Assembly: GCA_016185605.1 (NCBI GenBank) | Contig: JACPNG010000009.1 | Coordinates: forward strand, 53,838-117,837 | From: Candidatus Woesearchaeota archaeon | GTDB lineage: Archaea > Nanobdellota > Nanobdellia > SCGC-AAA011-G17 > JACPNG01 | Direction: 5' to 3' | DNA: 64,000 nucleotides | Shown: in pieces, positions 50,641 to 59,319 of the stretch | Numbering within the stretch: position 1 is the first letter of the stretch | Layout: every line of letters begins with the position of its first letter | Notes under the pieces: generated by a model | Databases searched by the model: none | What the model saw: only the letters and a program-made list of their open reading frames with translations | Told to the model about the DNA's origin: nothing | Made by a program: the position numbers and the translations under genes

Positions 50641-51252
50641 ATGGAGAATAAAATGAAGATAATAAAAAAACTGAATATTTTTGTTTTAATAGCTGTATTA
50701 TTGAGCATTAATGTAATTGCATTTGGGGTTTCAACCTCTTATTGGCCTGGGAAGCCATTAGTTTTGGAGCCAGGAGAATCAATGGATGTTTATTTCACAT
50801 TGCAAAATGGAGCTGGCGCTACAGAAGATGTAATAGCAAATGTTGATTTAACTAATGGAAAAGACATTACTCAAATAATAGATGGAAGCAATAGTTATTT
50901 AGTAAAAGCTGGAGGAGAATCTAGAGTAAATTTAAGGGTTCAGATTCCAGATAATGCTAATGTAGGAGATACATATACTGTTGGAATATCAGTTACAGCC
51001 CTGCCAAGCGGAAGGGGGGGTCCAGTTACAATTGGAAGTTCTGTAGATGCCACATTCCCTGTATTGATACAACCTCATGAGCCAGTTCCAACAGCTCCTA
51101 CTGGAGAGGCTGTCAAAGGAATTAAGGGAAGCTATAATATTTATTCTGTTGTGGGATTATTATTGATAATAGCAATAGTAATATTTATATTCTACGAACT
51201 CCATAATAAAAAAAGTGGAACAGAAAAAGGAAAAGGCAAAAAAAGAGATTAA
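50641..51252 (+). CDS. Single Ig-like domain protein with signal peptide and C-terminal TM (DUF916/NEW3-like)
   Basis: FGVS...LVLEPGES...FTLQN, V.IP.NA.VGDTY.V; C-terminal TM followed by a basic tail. Confidence 0.65.
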   Translation: MENKMKIIKKLNIFVLIAVLLSINVIAFGVSTSYWPGKPLVLEPGESMDVYFTLQNGAGATEDVIANVDLTNGKDITQIIDGSNSYLVKAGGESRVNLRVQIPDNANVGDTYTVGISVTALPSGRGGPVTIGSSVDATFPVLIQPHEPVPTAPTGEAVKGIKGSYNIYSVVGLLLIIAIVIFIFYELHNKKSGTEKGKGKKRD

Positions 51253-54097
51253 AGAAGTTTTAGTTATAATAATAGTTGTATTGCTATTTTTTCTTTTTAT
51301 AACAAATTACGCAAAGATATTTGAGATAAGTTCAGCTACTATAATTGATGCTGCCACAATATTTGAGATTTTTGCTGTTTCAGACACAACAACTATAGCA
51401 ATTAGTATTCAAACTCCTGTTCCTAATATTACCACTACTCCTATAACTACTGCAACAGAAGATGTATTATATGAATATGATGTTAATGCAACAGGCCATA
51501 ATTTAATCTTCTCAGTAAACAGCAGCGGGCTTTTCACAATTAATTCTGAAAGTGGATTAATTTCATTTACCCCAAGAAATGGACAAAACGGAACACACTC
51601 TATAAATATAAGCGCTTTTGATAATAACAGAAGTATTGACAGCCAAAATTATAGTCTAGTAATAAGTTCAGTAAATGACGCTCCTATTCTAAATACTGTT
51701 GGAGATTTAACTGGCGAAACAGGAAGCTCAAATACATACACAGTAACAGCAACAGACGAGGAGAATGATACATTAACATTCAGCATTCCTAGCAAGGATA
51801 ATGACTTATCTATGACTATAAACAGCAATACTGGGGTTATAACAATCCCTTCTGGCAACACTGCTGGAAATTACTCTGCAACAATAAGGGTTAGCGATGG
51901 CAATAGCAACGATGATGAAGATATAATGGTTAATATAGTAACAACAAATACAGCTCCGGAAATATTGGCTTTCGCTAACAGCATCTCAAATAATTTAGTT
52001 CCAATAATAAGGGAAGATCAAAATATCTCATACAATATAACATATAATGATGATAATGGTAATAACACAGTAAGCATAATATGGAAGCAAAAAAATGGAA
52101 GTTTGAGTTTTGATGATATAAGCAATGGGGAAAATTTTACTTTCTTTGGTGCTGTGGGAAGCACAGAAGGAACCTATCAAATAAAAGCAACTATTTCAGA
52201 CGGATTAACAAGCGTAGATTCAAATATCTCAAATTTAACAGTCACAAAAGTCAAAGATAGCGATGGAGATGGGGTTTTTGACTATACGGATAATTGCAAG
52301 TTTATAAAAAATGCCAACCAGGCAGACAGTAATAGTAACGGCATTGGTGATGTATGCGAGGATGATTTGGACGGAGACGGAGTAGATGATAGTGATGATT
52401 TCATAGATGGTTTTGCCAGTTCAATAAATGCAGTAGACAGCAGCGGAAGCAATATTACAGTAAACTTCACAATCAATAATGATGATAATATTAACCAAAG
52501 TTTTAATGGAGTAAAAACAGTGGCTATAACCTCAACAACTATCGATTCATCTACTGGAAGCACAATTATCGAGCCAATTGTTGAATTTGACCATAATTTT
52601 AACAGCGCAAATAAGCTTGATCTTTCTAATATGAGCATTAAAGAAGAGACAAAAGTCATTAATGGAGAATCCTCTTCTGTTGTTGTTGTTTCTGGGATAT
52701 CTCTTGGGAGCGGAAACACAAAAACAGCATATTTAGAAGTACTATTAGATGGAAATGGTGTTTGCATAAGGGATGAAGAGATTACAAATATAGATGAATT
52801 AAGCACAGACTGCAGCAAGGCTAATGAGAAAAGCATTGGATGTGATGGTAGCACTCAAAACGGATTTACATGCGAGAAAAATACTACATTCAATAAGTAT
52901 AAGATTACTGGATTAAGTTTCAGCGGCATTGGCGAAGAGGAATGCACTGAATCTTGGAGTTGTACCTCATATTCAGCTTGTTCTAATGGACAGCAAACAA
53001 GAACTTGTACAGATTCAAACAATTGCGGCACAACAAATAATAAGCCAGCTGAAAGCCAGTCTTGTGGTGGTAGTGGTGAATCACAAGCTGGCGGAGGAGG
53101 CGGAGGTGGAGGAACTACAGGAAGGGCAGTTGAAAGTAAGATAAAAGAAGGTGTAAGAGTCTTATTAATAGACAATAAACTAATTAATGTCCAGGTTAAA
53201 AAAGGAGACTCATTCAAAAAAACAATAAAGATAAAGAATATAGCAAGTTCTTCTGTAGAGGTTAATCTAGAGCAACAAGATGAATTAAAGGGAATAATAT
53301 CATTCCCAGAGCCAAGGTTTACTCTGGCTTCATTAGAGGAAAGAGAAATAGAAATCCTATTTAATTCCGGAGCTGGAATAGTTCCTGGGGTTTATGTTGG
53401 TGAAATATATGCTGTTTATCAAGATATAAGGGAAAAAATACAGGCTGTAATCGAAATTGAATCTTTAAGGACATTATTTGATGTTACTCTGGATATTCCA
53501 TTAGACTATAAAAAAGTGCTGCCTGGAAAAGAGTTTAGATTGCAAGCTACAATATTTGATTTATCTGGATTGAGATCAGATGTCAATGTTGAGTTTTTCA
53601 TTAGAAACTCAAAAGGCAATACAATATTAAGAGAAAGCCAGATTGTTAGGGTGCAAAATCAAGCTACATTTACCAAGAGCTTTTTGATTCCAGAGGATAT
53701 TCCATTGGGAGAATATATTGTGGGGGCAATTGTCAAGTATAAAGACTCAGTTGGAACTTCCACAAAAAGATTTGATGTAGTTGGTGAAAAAGGATTAATA
53801 GAAATAAGCATACCAAATACTGTTTATTATATTGGTTCTGGGATATTGATGATTTTAATAGCATTATTTGGATTGTATTTATTGCAACAAAGAAGACTAA
53901 AAAGTATAGAAAAATCCCAATCTATTAGGTTGAAGGAATTAGAAAAGAAAACTCCAGAGACTGAAATGGAAAAGACAGATCATAATAAGAAATTAGAAAA
54001 TGAATTAAGCTTGTTGGAAAAGAGCTATAAAGCAGGCTATATCACTAAATCAATATATGAGAAAAGCAAATCCAAGATTGAGAAATTAATGAAATAA
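51215..54097 (+). CDS. Large adhesin-like surface protein (cadherin/Ig domains, thrombospondin type 3 repeats, Cys-rich module, Gly linker, C-terminal TM)
   Basis: DSDGDGV.D..DNC...N..QADSNSNGIGDVC; CTESWSC..YSAC.NG.QTRTCTD.N.CG; poly-Gly; TM near the C-terminus; GTG start. Confidence 0.82.
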   Translation: MEQKKEKAKKEIKEVLVIIIVVLLFFLFITNYAKIFEISSATIIDAATIFEIFAVSDTTTIAISIQTPVPNITTTPITTATEDVLYEYDVNATGHNLIFSVNSSGLFTINSESGLISFTPRNGQNGTHSINISAFDNNRSIDSQNYSLVISSVNDAPILNTVGDLTGETGSSNTYTVTATDEENDTLTFSIPSKDNDLSMTINSNTGVITIPSGNTAGNYSATIRVSDGNSNDDEDIMVNIVTTNTAPEILAFANSISNNLVPIIREDQNISYNITYNDDNGNNTVSIIWKQKNGSLSFDDISNGENFTFFGAVGSTEGTYQIKATISDGLTSVDSNISNLTVTKVKDSDGDGVFDYTDNCKFIKNANQADSNSNGIGDVCEDDLDGDGVDDSDDFIDGFASSINAVDSSGSNITVNFTINNDDNINQSFNGVKTVAITSTTIDSSTGSTIIEPIVEFDHNFNSANKLDLSNMSIKEETKVINGESSSVVVVSGISLGSGNTKTAYLEVLLDGNGVCIRDEEITNIDELSTDCSKANEKSIGCDGSTQNGFTCEKNTTFNKYKITGLSFSGIGEEECTESWSCTSYSACSNGQQTRTCTDSNNCGTTNNKPAESQSCGGSGESQAGGGGGGGGTTGRAVESKIKEGVRVLLIDNKLINVQVKKGDSFKKTIKIKNIASSSVEVNLEQQDELKGIISFPEPRFTLASLEEREIEILFNSGAGIVPGVYVGEIYAVYQDIREKIQAVIEIESLRTLFDVTLDIPLDYKKVLPGKEFRLQATIFDLSGLRSDVNVEFFIRNSKGNTILRESQIVRVQNQATFTKSFLIPEDIPLGEYIVGAIVKYKDSVGTSTKRFDVVGEKGLIEISIPNTVYYIGSGILMILIALFGLYLLQQRRLKSIEKSQSIRLKELEKKTPETEMEKTDHNKKLENELSLLEKSYKAGYITKSIYEKSKSKIEKLMK

Positions 54098-54140
54098 TTA
54101 TATATATTTATTGTTAACCTATTGTTAATAATATATATAA
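54098..54140. promoter_or_regulatory. Inverted plus direct repeat upstream of the wHTH gene (promoter/operator candidate)
   Basis: TTATATATATT...AATATATATAA arms enclose two ATTGTTAA copies; AT-rich, so chance occurrence is possible. Confidence 0.3.
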
Positions 54141-54162
54141 ATAATAAGAAATTAAAGAATAT

Positions 54163-54441
54163 ATGGATTGGGAATTATTATCTTTTATCAAGAGATCTGT
54201 TCAAAGAACTAGAATATTAGAAGCTATAGACCAGCCAATTACCCCTTCTGAATTAGCTAAAAAAACTAATTTGGCTCCTTCCCATATAAGCAGAACAATA
54301 AAAGAATTCTCTGAAAAAGGGTTATTGGAATGTAAAACCCCCAATCATAATCACGGCAGGATATATTTTCTGACAGATAAAGGCAAAGAAATTACTGAGA
54401 TAATTAAAGGTGGGGAGTTAGCTGATGAATATTCTAAATAG
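54163..54441 (+). CDS. Winged-helix (ArsR/MarR-like) transcriptional regulator
   Basis: TPSELAK...SHISRTIKEFSEKGLLEC...GRIYFLTDKG. Confidence 0.88.
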   Translation: MDWELLSFIKRSVQRTRILEAIDQPITPSELAKKTNLAPSHISRTIKEFSEKGLLECKTPNHNHGRIYFLTDKGKEITEIIKGGELADEYSK

Positions 54442-54470
54442 ATATAATGTATATTTATTATAAATATATT

Positions 54471-54581
54471 GTTAATTAAATGTAAAATTAGAATCACGGC
54501 AGGATTTATTTTCTGACAGATAAAGGCAAAGAGATTATTAGCTGTTATAATGGGGGAGAAATAGCAGAGAAATATTCTTAG
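54471..54581 (+). pseudogene. Diverged duplicate of the 3' end of the wHTH gene
   Basis: AATCACGGCAGGAT.TATTTTCTGACAGATAAAGGCAAAGA occurs at 54349 and 54492; the copy encodes NHGRIYFLTDKGKEIISCYNGGEIAEKYS*. Confidence 0.8.
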
Positions 54582-54682
54582 ATCCTTAATATAGAAATAT
54601 ACTTTAAAACTAAATCTAAAATTTGGTATAGATATAAATTTAAAATAAGAAATAATTTAAATTAAATCTTACTAATTTCTAT

Positions 54683-56635
54683 ATGAATAAATTAGCTAAA
54701 GAAAAAAGTAGTTATCTAAGAAACGCTTCTAAAGATCCTATTAATTGGTATGCATGGAATGAAGAGGTTTTTAGAGAAGCTAAAAAACAAGATAAGCCTA
54801 TCTTATTAAGTATAGGTGGGGTTTGGTGCCATTGGTGCCATGTAATGAAGCATGAGAGTTTTGAAGACAAAGAAATAGCTGAAATAATAAATAAAGAATT
54901 CATAGCTATAAAAGTTGATAGGGATGAAAAGCCTGATATAGATAAAATGTATCAGACATTTGTAAGTAATTTAACAGGACAAGGAGGATGGCCATTAACT
55001 GTTTTTCTAACTCCAGATAAAAAGCCTTTTTTTGGCGGAACCTATTTTCCTAAAGAGCCAAAATATGGAATGCCTAGTTTTAAATTATTATTAATTCAAA
55101 TATCTGAATCCTATAAAAAAGACAAAGCTAATTTAAATAAAAATGCTGAAAATGTTGTTAAAGCAATAAATGAATCCTTAAAATTTCAGCCTATAAAAGA
55201 AGATTTAAACTTAGAAATAATAGAAAATGCCTTAATTAATATAAAAAACAACTTTGATCCAGTAAATGGTGGATTTGGTTTTAGACCAAAATTCTTTAGC
55301 ATAGAGATTCTAGATTTATTATTTAGTTTATACTATGAATCAAAAGATAAAGAAATATGGAATATTATAGACTTAAGCCTTAGAAAAATGGCTCGGGGAG
55401 GAATTTATGATCAATTACAAGGAGGATTTCATAGATATTCTACAGATGAATCTTGGTTAATATCTCATTTTGAAAAGATGCTTTATGATAATGCTCCTTT
55501 ATTAAGTTTATATATTAAAGCATATCAAATCTCAAAGGATGAATTTTTTAAAAAAATAGCATTAGAATTAATTAATTTTTTAATAAAAGAAATGTATGAT
55601 AAAGGATTTTATACTAGTATAGATGCAGATACGGATAATGAAGAAGGTAAATATTATACTTGGACTAAACAAGAAATTGATAAAATACTAGGAGAAGATT
55701 CCAAAATGTTTTGTTTATATTATGGAATAGAGGATTATGGAAATTTTGAGCATGGAAAAAATGTTCTTTATGTTAAAAACGAAATAGAAGATATAGCTGA
55801 TGTACTAAAAATAGATGTTGATAAAGTAAAAGATGTATTAAAAAAGGCAAAAGAGAAAATACTTGAAGAAAGGCAAAAGAGAAAGAAGCCATTTGTTGAT
55901 AAAAATAAATTCACAAACTGGAATTGCATGGCTGCTTCTTCTTTTATTTTAGCCTATAATGTTTTTCAAGATAAAAGGTATTTAGACATAGCTATTACAA
56001 TAGTAAATGAAGTGTTAAAAAACTATAGAGATAAACTATATCATTATTATGATGTAGAAGGAACTTTAGATGACTATGTTTTTATGATAAGGGCTTTAAT
56101 TGACTTACATCAAACTACTTTTGATAAAAAATATTTAGATAAAGCAATTGAAATTAACAATAAATTAATAGATTTATTTTGGGGGGATGGTTTTTATTAT
56201 ACAGAAAAGGAAAAAGAAGTTTTATTTAATGAAAAGCCTTTTGTTGATTTAAGTGCTCCAGCTGGAAATTCTATAGCTATTGAAAATCTACTAAGACTAT
56301 ATTACTTAACAGAGAATAATAAATATAAGGAAAAAGCTGAAATAACATTAAAAATATTTTATGATAAAATACAAAAAGAACTTATGTATTCAGCTAGTTA
56401 TTTAAATTCCTTAATTTTCTTTATTAAAGGGCCCATTGAAATTGTTGTTTTTGGAGACTTTATTAATGAAATAAATAAAAGATTTATTCCTAGAAAAATA
56501 ATTTATAAAGAAGGAATGAAACTAAGAATATTAAAAGGTAAAAATAAGATTGGAGAAAAAACAATTTATATATGCAATAATAATACTTGTTCTAGTCCAA
56601 TTACAAAAGAAGAAGAGCTAGATAAATATGTCTAG
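54683..56635 (+). CDS. YyaL/SSP411 (DUF255) thioredoxin-domain protein
   Basis: WCHWCHVM, KVDRDEKPD, GGWPLTVFLTP, HFEKMLYDN. Confidence 0.93.
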   Translation: MNKLAKEKSSYLRNASKDPINWYAWNEEVFREAKKQDKPILLSIGGVWCHWCHVMKHESFEDKEIAEIINKEFIAIKVDRDEKPDIDKMYQTFVSNLTGQGGWPLTVFLTPDKKPFFGGTYFPKEPKYGMPSFKLLLIQISESYKKDKANLNKNAENVVKAINESLKFQPIKEDLNLEIIENALINIKNNFDPVNGGFGFRPKFFSIEILDLLFSLYYESKDKEIWNIIDLSLRKMARGGIYDQLQGGFHRYSTDESWLISHFEKMLYDNAPLLSLYIKAYQISKDEFFKKIALELINFLIKEMYDKGFYTSIDADTDNEEGKYYTWTKQEIDKILGEDSKMFCLYYGIEDYGNFEHGKNVLYVKNEIEDIADVLKIDVDKVKDVLKKAKEKILEERQKRKKPFVDKNKFTNWNCMAASSFILAYNVFQDKRYLDIAITIVNEVLKNYRDKLYHYYDVEGTLDDYVFMIRALIDLHQTTFDKKYLDKAIEINNKLIDLFWGDGFYYTEKEKEVLFNEKPFVDLSAPAGNSIAIENLLRLYYLTENNKYKEKAEITLKIFYDKIQKELMYSASYLNSLIFFIKGPIEIVVFGDFINEINKRFIPRKIIYKEGMKLRILKGKNKIGEKTIYICNNNTCSSPITKEEELDKYV

Positions 56636-57263
56636 AATAATAAAAATAATTTCATTATTAAAGAAAGAATATCCTAATTCTAAAACTTCCCTTAGCTTTA
56701 GAAGTCCTTTAGAATCACTAGTTGCGACTATTCTTAGCACACAATGCACAGATAAAAGGGTTAATATTGTAACCAAAGATTTATTCAATAAATATAGAAC
56801 AGCTGAGGATTATGCCAATTCTAGATTAGAAGAGCTACAAAATGACATTAAATCCATTAATTTTTACAGGAATAAAGCTAAAGCACTAAAGGAAACTGGA
56901 AGAATTCTTACAATGGAGTTTAATGGAAAGGTTCCAAATAAGATGGATGATCTGCTAAAACTAAGAGGGGTATCAAGAAAAACAGCCAATGCTGTTCTGG
57001 GAAATGTTTTTGGAATATATGAAGGATATGTTGTTGATACCCATAACATAAGATTATCTAATAGATTGGGATTGACAAAAAATAAGGATCCTAAAAAAAT
57101 AGAACAAGATTTAATGAAAATAGTTCCAAAAAATGAATGGTTAAATCTAAGCCATTTGTTTATTGACCACGGAAGAAAGGTTTGCAAAGCCCCTACACCA
57201 ATTTGCAGCCAGTGTGTTCTTAACAGATTGTGCCCTAAAATAGGAGTAACGAAGAAGAAATAA
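56628..57263 (+). CDS. nth: Endonuclease III
   Basis: LSTQCTD.RVN, HhH motif L.GV.RKTA, VDTH, C-terminal CKAPTPICSQCVLNRLC Fe-S motif. Confidence 0.95.
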   Translation: MSRIIKIISLLKKEYPNSKTSLSFRSPLESLVATILSTQCTDKRVNIVTKDLFNKYRTAEDYANSRLEELQNDIKSINFYRNKAKALKETGRILTMEFNGKVPNKMDDLLKLRGVSRKTANAVLGNVFGIYEGYVVDTHNIRLSNRLGLTKNKDPKKIEQDLMKIVPKNEWLNLSHLFIDHGRKVCKAPTPICSQCVLNRLCPKIGVTKKK

Positions 57264-57309
57264 TTACAATTACAAAATATCATTAAATAGCAATATTTAA
57301 ATATATGTA

Positions 57310-58179
57310 ATGGTAATAATATTTATGAGAATAATCAAAAGAAAGAAAGGGAAAAAAGAATATTTCTATCTGCAACATTCTTTTAGAAAGAATAAAGAGG
57401 TTATAACAAGAGAAATCTACCTTGGAAAAGCCATTCCAAAAGATATTGAAGGATTAAAAGAAAAGCTAGCAGAGGAAGAGAAAAACTCCATTTATGAAAA
57501 ACTTGAAAAAATAAAAAAAGATTTTCAAAGAGAATGGTCAAGATATCCGGAAAGCATAAAAGAAAAGGAAAAAGAAGAAATAGCAATTGCATTTACATAT
57601 AATACAAATGCCATAGAGGGCTCTAAAATAACATTGGAAGAAACTAGGGGCATAATAAAAGATAATATATCTCCATCTAAATCATTGAGGGATGTAAAAG
57701 AAACAGAAGCGCATTATAATTTATTTTTAAAGATGTTAAGCAAGAAGAATAAAATAACCAATAAACTAATTTTAGAATGGCATAAAGAATTATTCAAAGA
57801 AACCAAAGAAGAAATAGCCGGAAAATACAGGGATTATCTAGTAAGGGTTGGGGATTATACAGCCCCTAATTGGCAGGATGTAAGAAAGCTTATGAGAAAG
57901 TTTGTTAATTTAGTCAATAACTCTAAAATTAACCCTGTTGAATTGGCAGGAAGGGCTCACTATATATTTGAGTCTATACATCCGTTTGGTGATGGAAATG
58001 GTAGAATTGGAAGATTAGTCATGAATCATATTTTGTGGCATAGTGGATATCCTATGTTGATTATAGAACGTAGAAAAAGAAGCCCTTACTATAAGGCATT
58101 TAAAAGAGGAGAAGAAGGATTTGTTAATTATTTTATAAGAAGATATTTGTCTGCCCATAAGAATAGATTAAAAAATTAA
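57310..58179 (+). CDS. Fic-family protein
   Basis: HPFGDGNGRIGR catalytic motif and TNAIEG inhibitory motif; start may be ATG 57325. Confidence 0.93.
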   Translation: MVIIFMRIIKRKKGKKEYFYLQHSFRKNKEVITREIYLGKAIPKDIEGLKEKLAEEEKNSIYEKLEKIKKDFQREWSRYPESIKEKEKEEIAIAFTYNTNAIEGSKITLEETRGIIKDNISPSKSLRDVKETEAHYNLFLKMLSKKNKITNKLILEWHKELFKETKEEIAGKYRDYLVRVGDYTAPNWQDVRKLMRKFVNLVNNSKINPVELAGRAHYIFESIHPFGDGNGRIGRLVMNHILWHSGYPMLIIERRKRSPYYKAFKRGEEGFVNYFIRRYLSAHKNRLKN

Positions 58180-58931
58180 GCTTCTGCTTCAGAAGCTGAT
58201 TCACTGCTGCCCCACTTTTCATAGCCATGCTCTTCCAGTTCATGCACTAATTCTTTCCCTCCAGACTGGACAATTTTTCCGTCTACTAATACATAAACTC
58301 TGTCCGGAATAACATAATCTAATATCCTCTGATAGTGAGTTATTATTAGAATAGACATATCTTTTGTTTTTATTGCATTAACTCCATTAGCAACAACCTT
58401 TAAAGAATCTATATCTAACCCGCTGTCTGTTTCATCTAAAATAGCCATCTTAGGTTCTAAAACGGCAAATTGTAAAATCTCTGCTCTTTTCTTTTCTCCT
58501 CCTGAGAATCCCTCATTAAGATAACGATTCATAAATGATTTATCCATTTTTAACAGTTCTAATTTTTCAATCAATAATTTTCTAAAGTCCATAACGCTAA
58601 TTGGAGCTTCTCTTTTTGAATTTAGAGCAGTCCTCAAAAAATTAGAAACAGAAACCCCTGGAATCTCCTGAGGATACTGAAATGATAGGAATAATCCTTT
58701 TTTAGCTCTCTCATTAGGCTCCATCTCTGTAATATCTTCCCCATTATAAATTATTTTTCCTTTTGTTATTTCATACTTTGGATGCCCCATTAACACATAA
58801 GATAATGTTGATTTTCCAGAGCCATTCGGACCCATGAAAGCGACTATCTCCCCATCTTTAACTTCTAGATTAACTCCTTTAAGTATTTCTTTCCCCTCTA
58901 CATTAACGTGTAAATCCTTAACTTCTAGCAT
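58176..58931 (-). CDS. sufC: Fe-S assembly ATPase SufC
   Basis: GPNGSGKST, FQYPQEIPGV, GFSGGEKKR, DETDSGLDID; ATG at 58931 follows a GGGGG RBS. Confidence 0.96.
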   Translation of the reverse strand: MLEVKDLHVNVEGKEILKGVNLEVKDGEIVAFMGPNGSGKSTLSYVLMGHPKYEITKGKIIYNGEDITEMEPNERAKKGLFLSFQYPQEIPGVSVSNFLRTALNSKREAPISVMDFRKLLIEKLELLKMDKSFMNRYLNEGFSGGEKKRAEILQFAVLEPKMAILDETDSGLDIDSLKVVANGVNAIKTKDMSILIITHYQRILDYVIPDRVYVLVDGKIVQSGGKELVHELEEHGYEKWGSSESASEAEA

Positions 58932-59319
58932 TTTGACCCCCATTAAAAGAATTTATCCCATTTCTTAATGAAACTAACGGACAAGTAATACATTTCATCC
59001 TTGCCGGTCCAACTTCAATTCCAACTAATTTCATCATATCTTCCCTTGTCAAATTATTTAATTCATCCAAGGACTTATTTTTTATATTATCTGTCAGCAA
59101 AGAGGCTGAAGCAACACATATAGCGCATCCTTTGCCTATGAATTTTACATCCTCTATCTTATTGCTATTAACCTTGGCTTGAATTTCTACCTCATCCCCG
59201 CAGCTTGGATTAAAGCATCTTTCTTTGAAATCAGCATTCTCCAAGATGCCAAAATTTAACGGATTTTTATACAAATCCAATATGTGCTCCATATACATCC
59301 CTTCATTTAAACTATTCAT
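58918..59319 (-). CDS. sufU: SufU/IscU-type sulfur-transfer/scaffold protein
   Basis: NPSCGD, GCAIC.ASAS, RMKC. Confidence 0.88.
   Translation of the reverse strand: MNSLNEGMYMEHILDLYKNPLNFGILENADFKERCFNPSCGDEVEIQAKVNSNKIEDVKFIGKGCAICVASASLLTDNIKNKSLDELNNLTREDMMKLVGIEVGPARMKCITCPLVSLRNGINSFNGGQNARS

Noticed and set aside
57325-57430. Transposase fragment (N-terminus resembles some IS proteins)
   Set aside because: It is fused in frame to an intact Fic domain; no DDE domain or terminal repeats.
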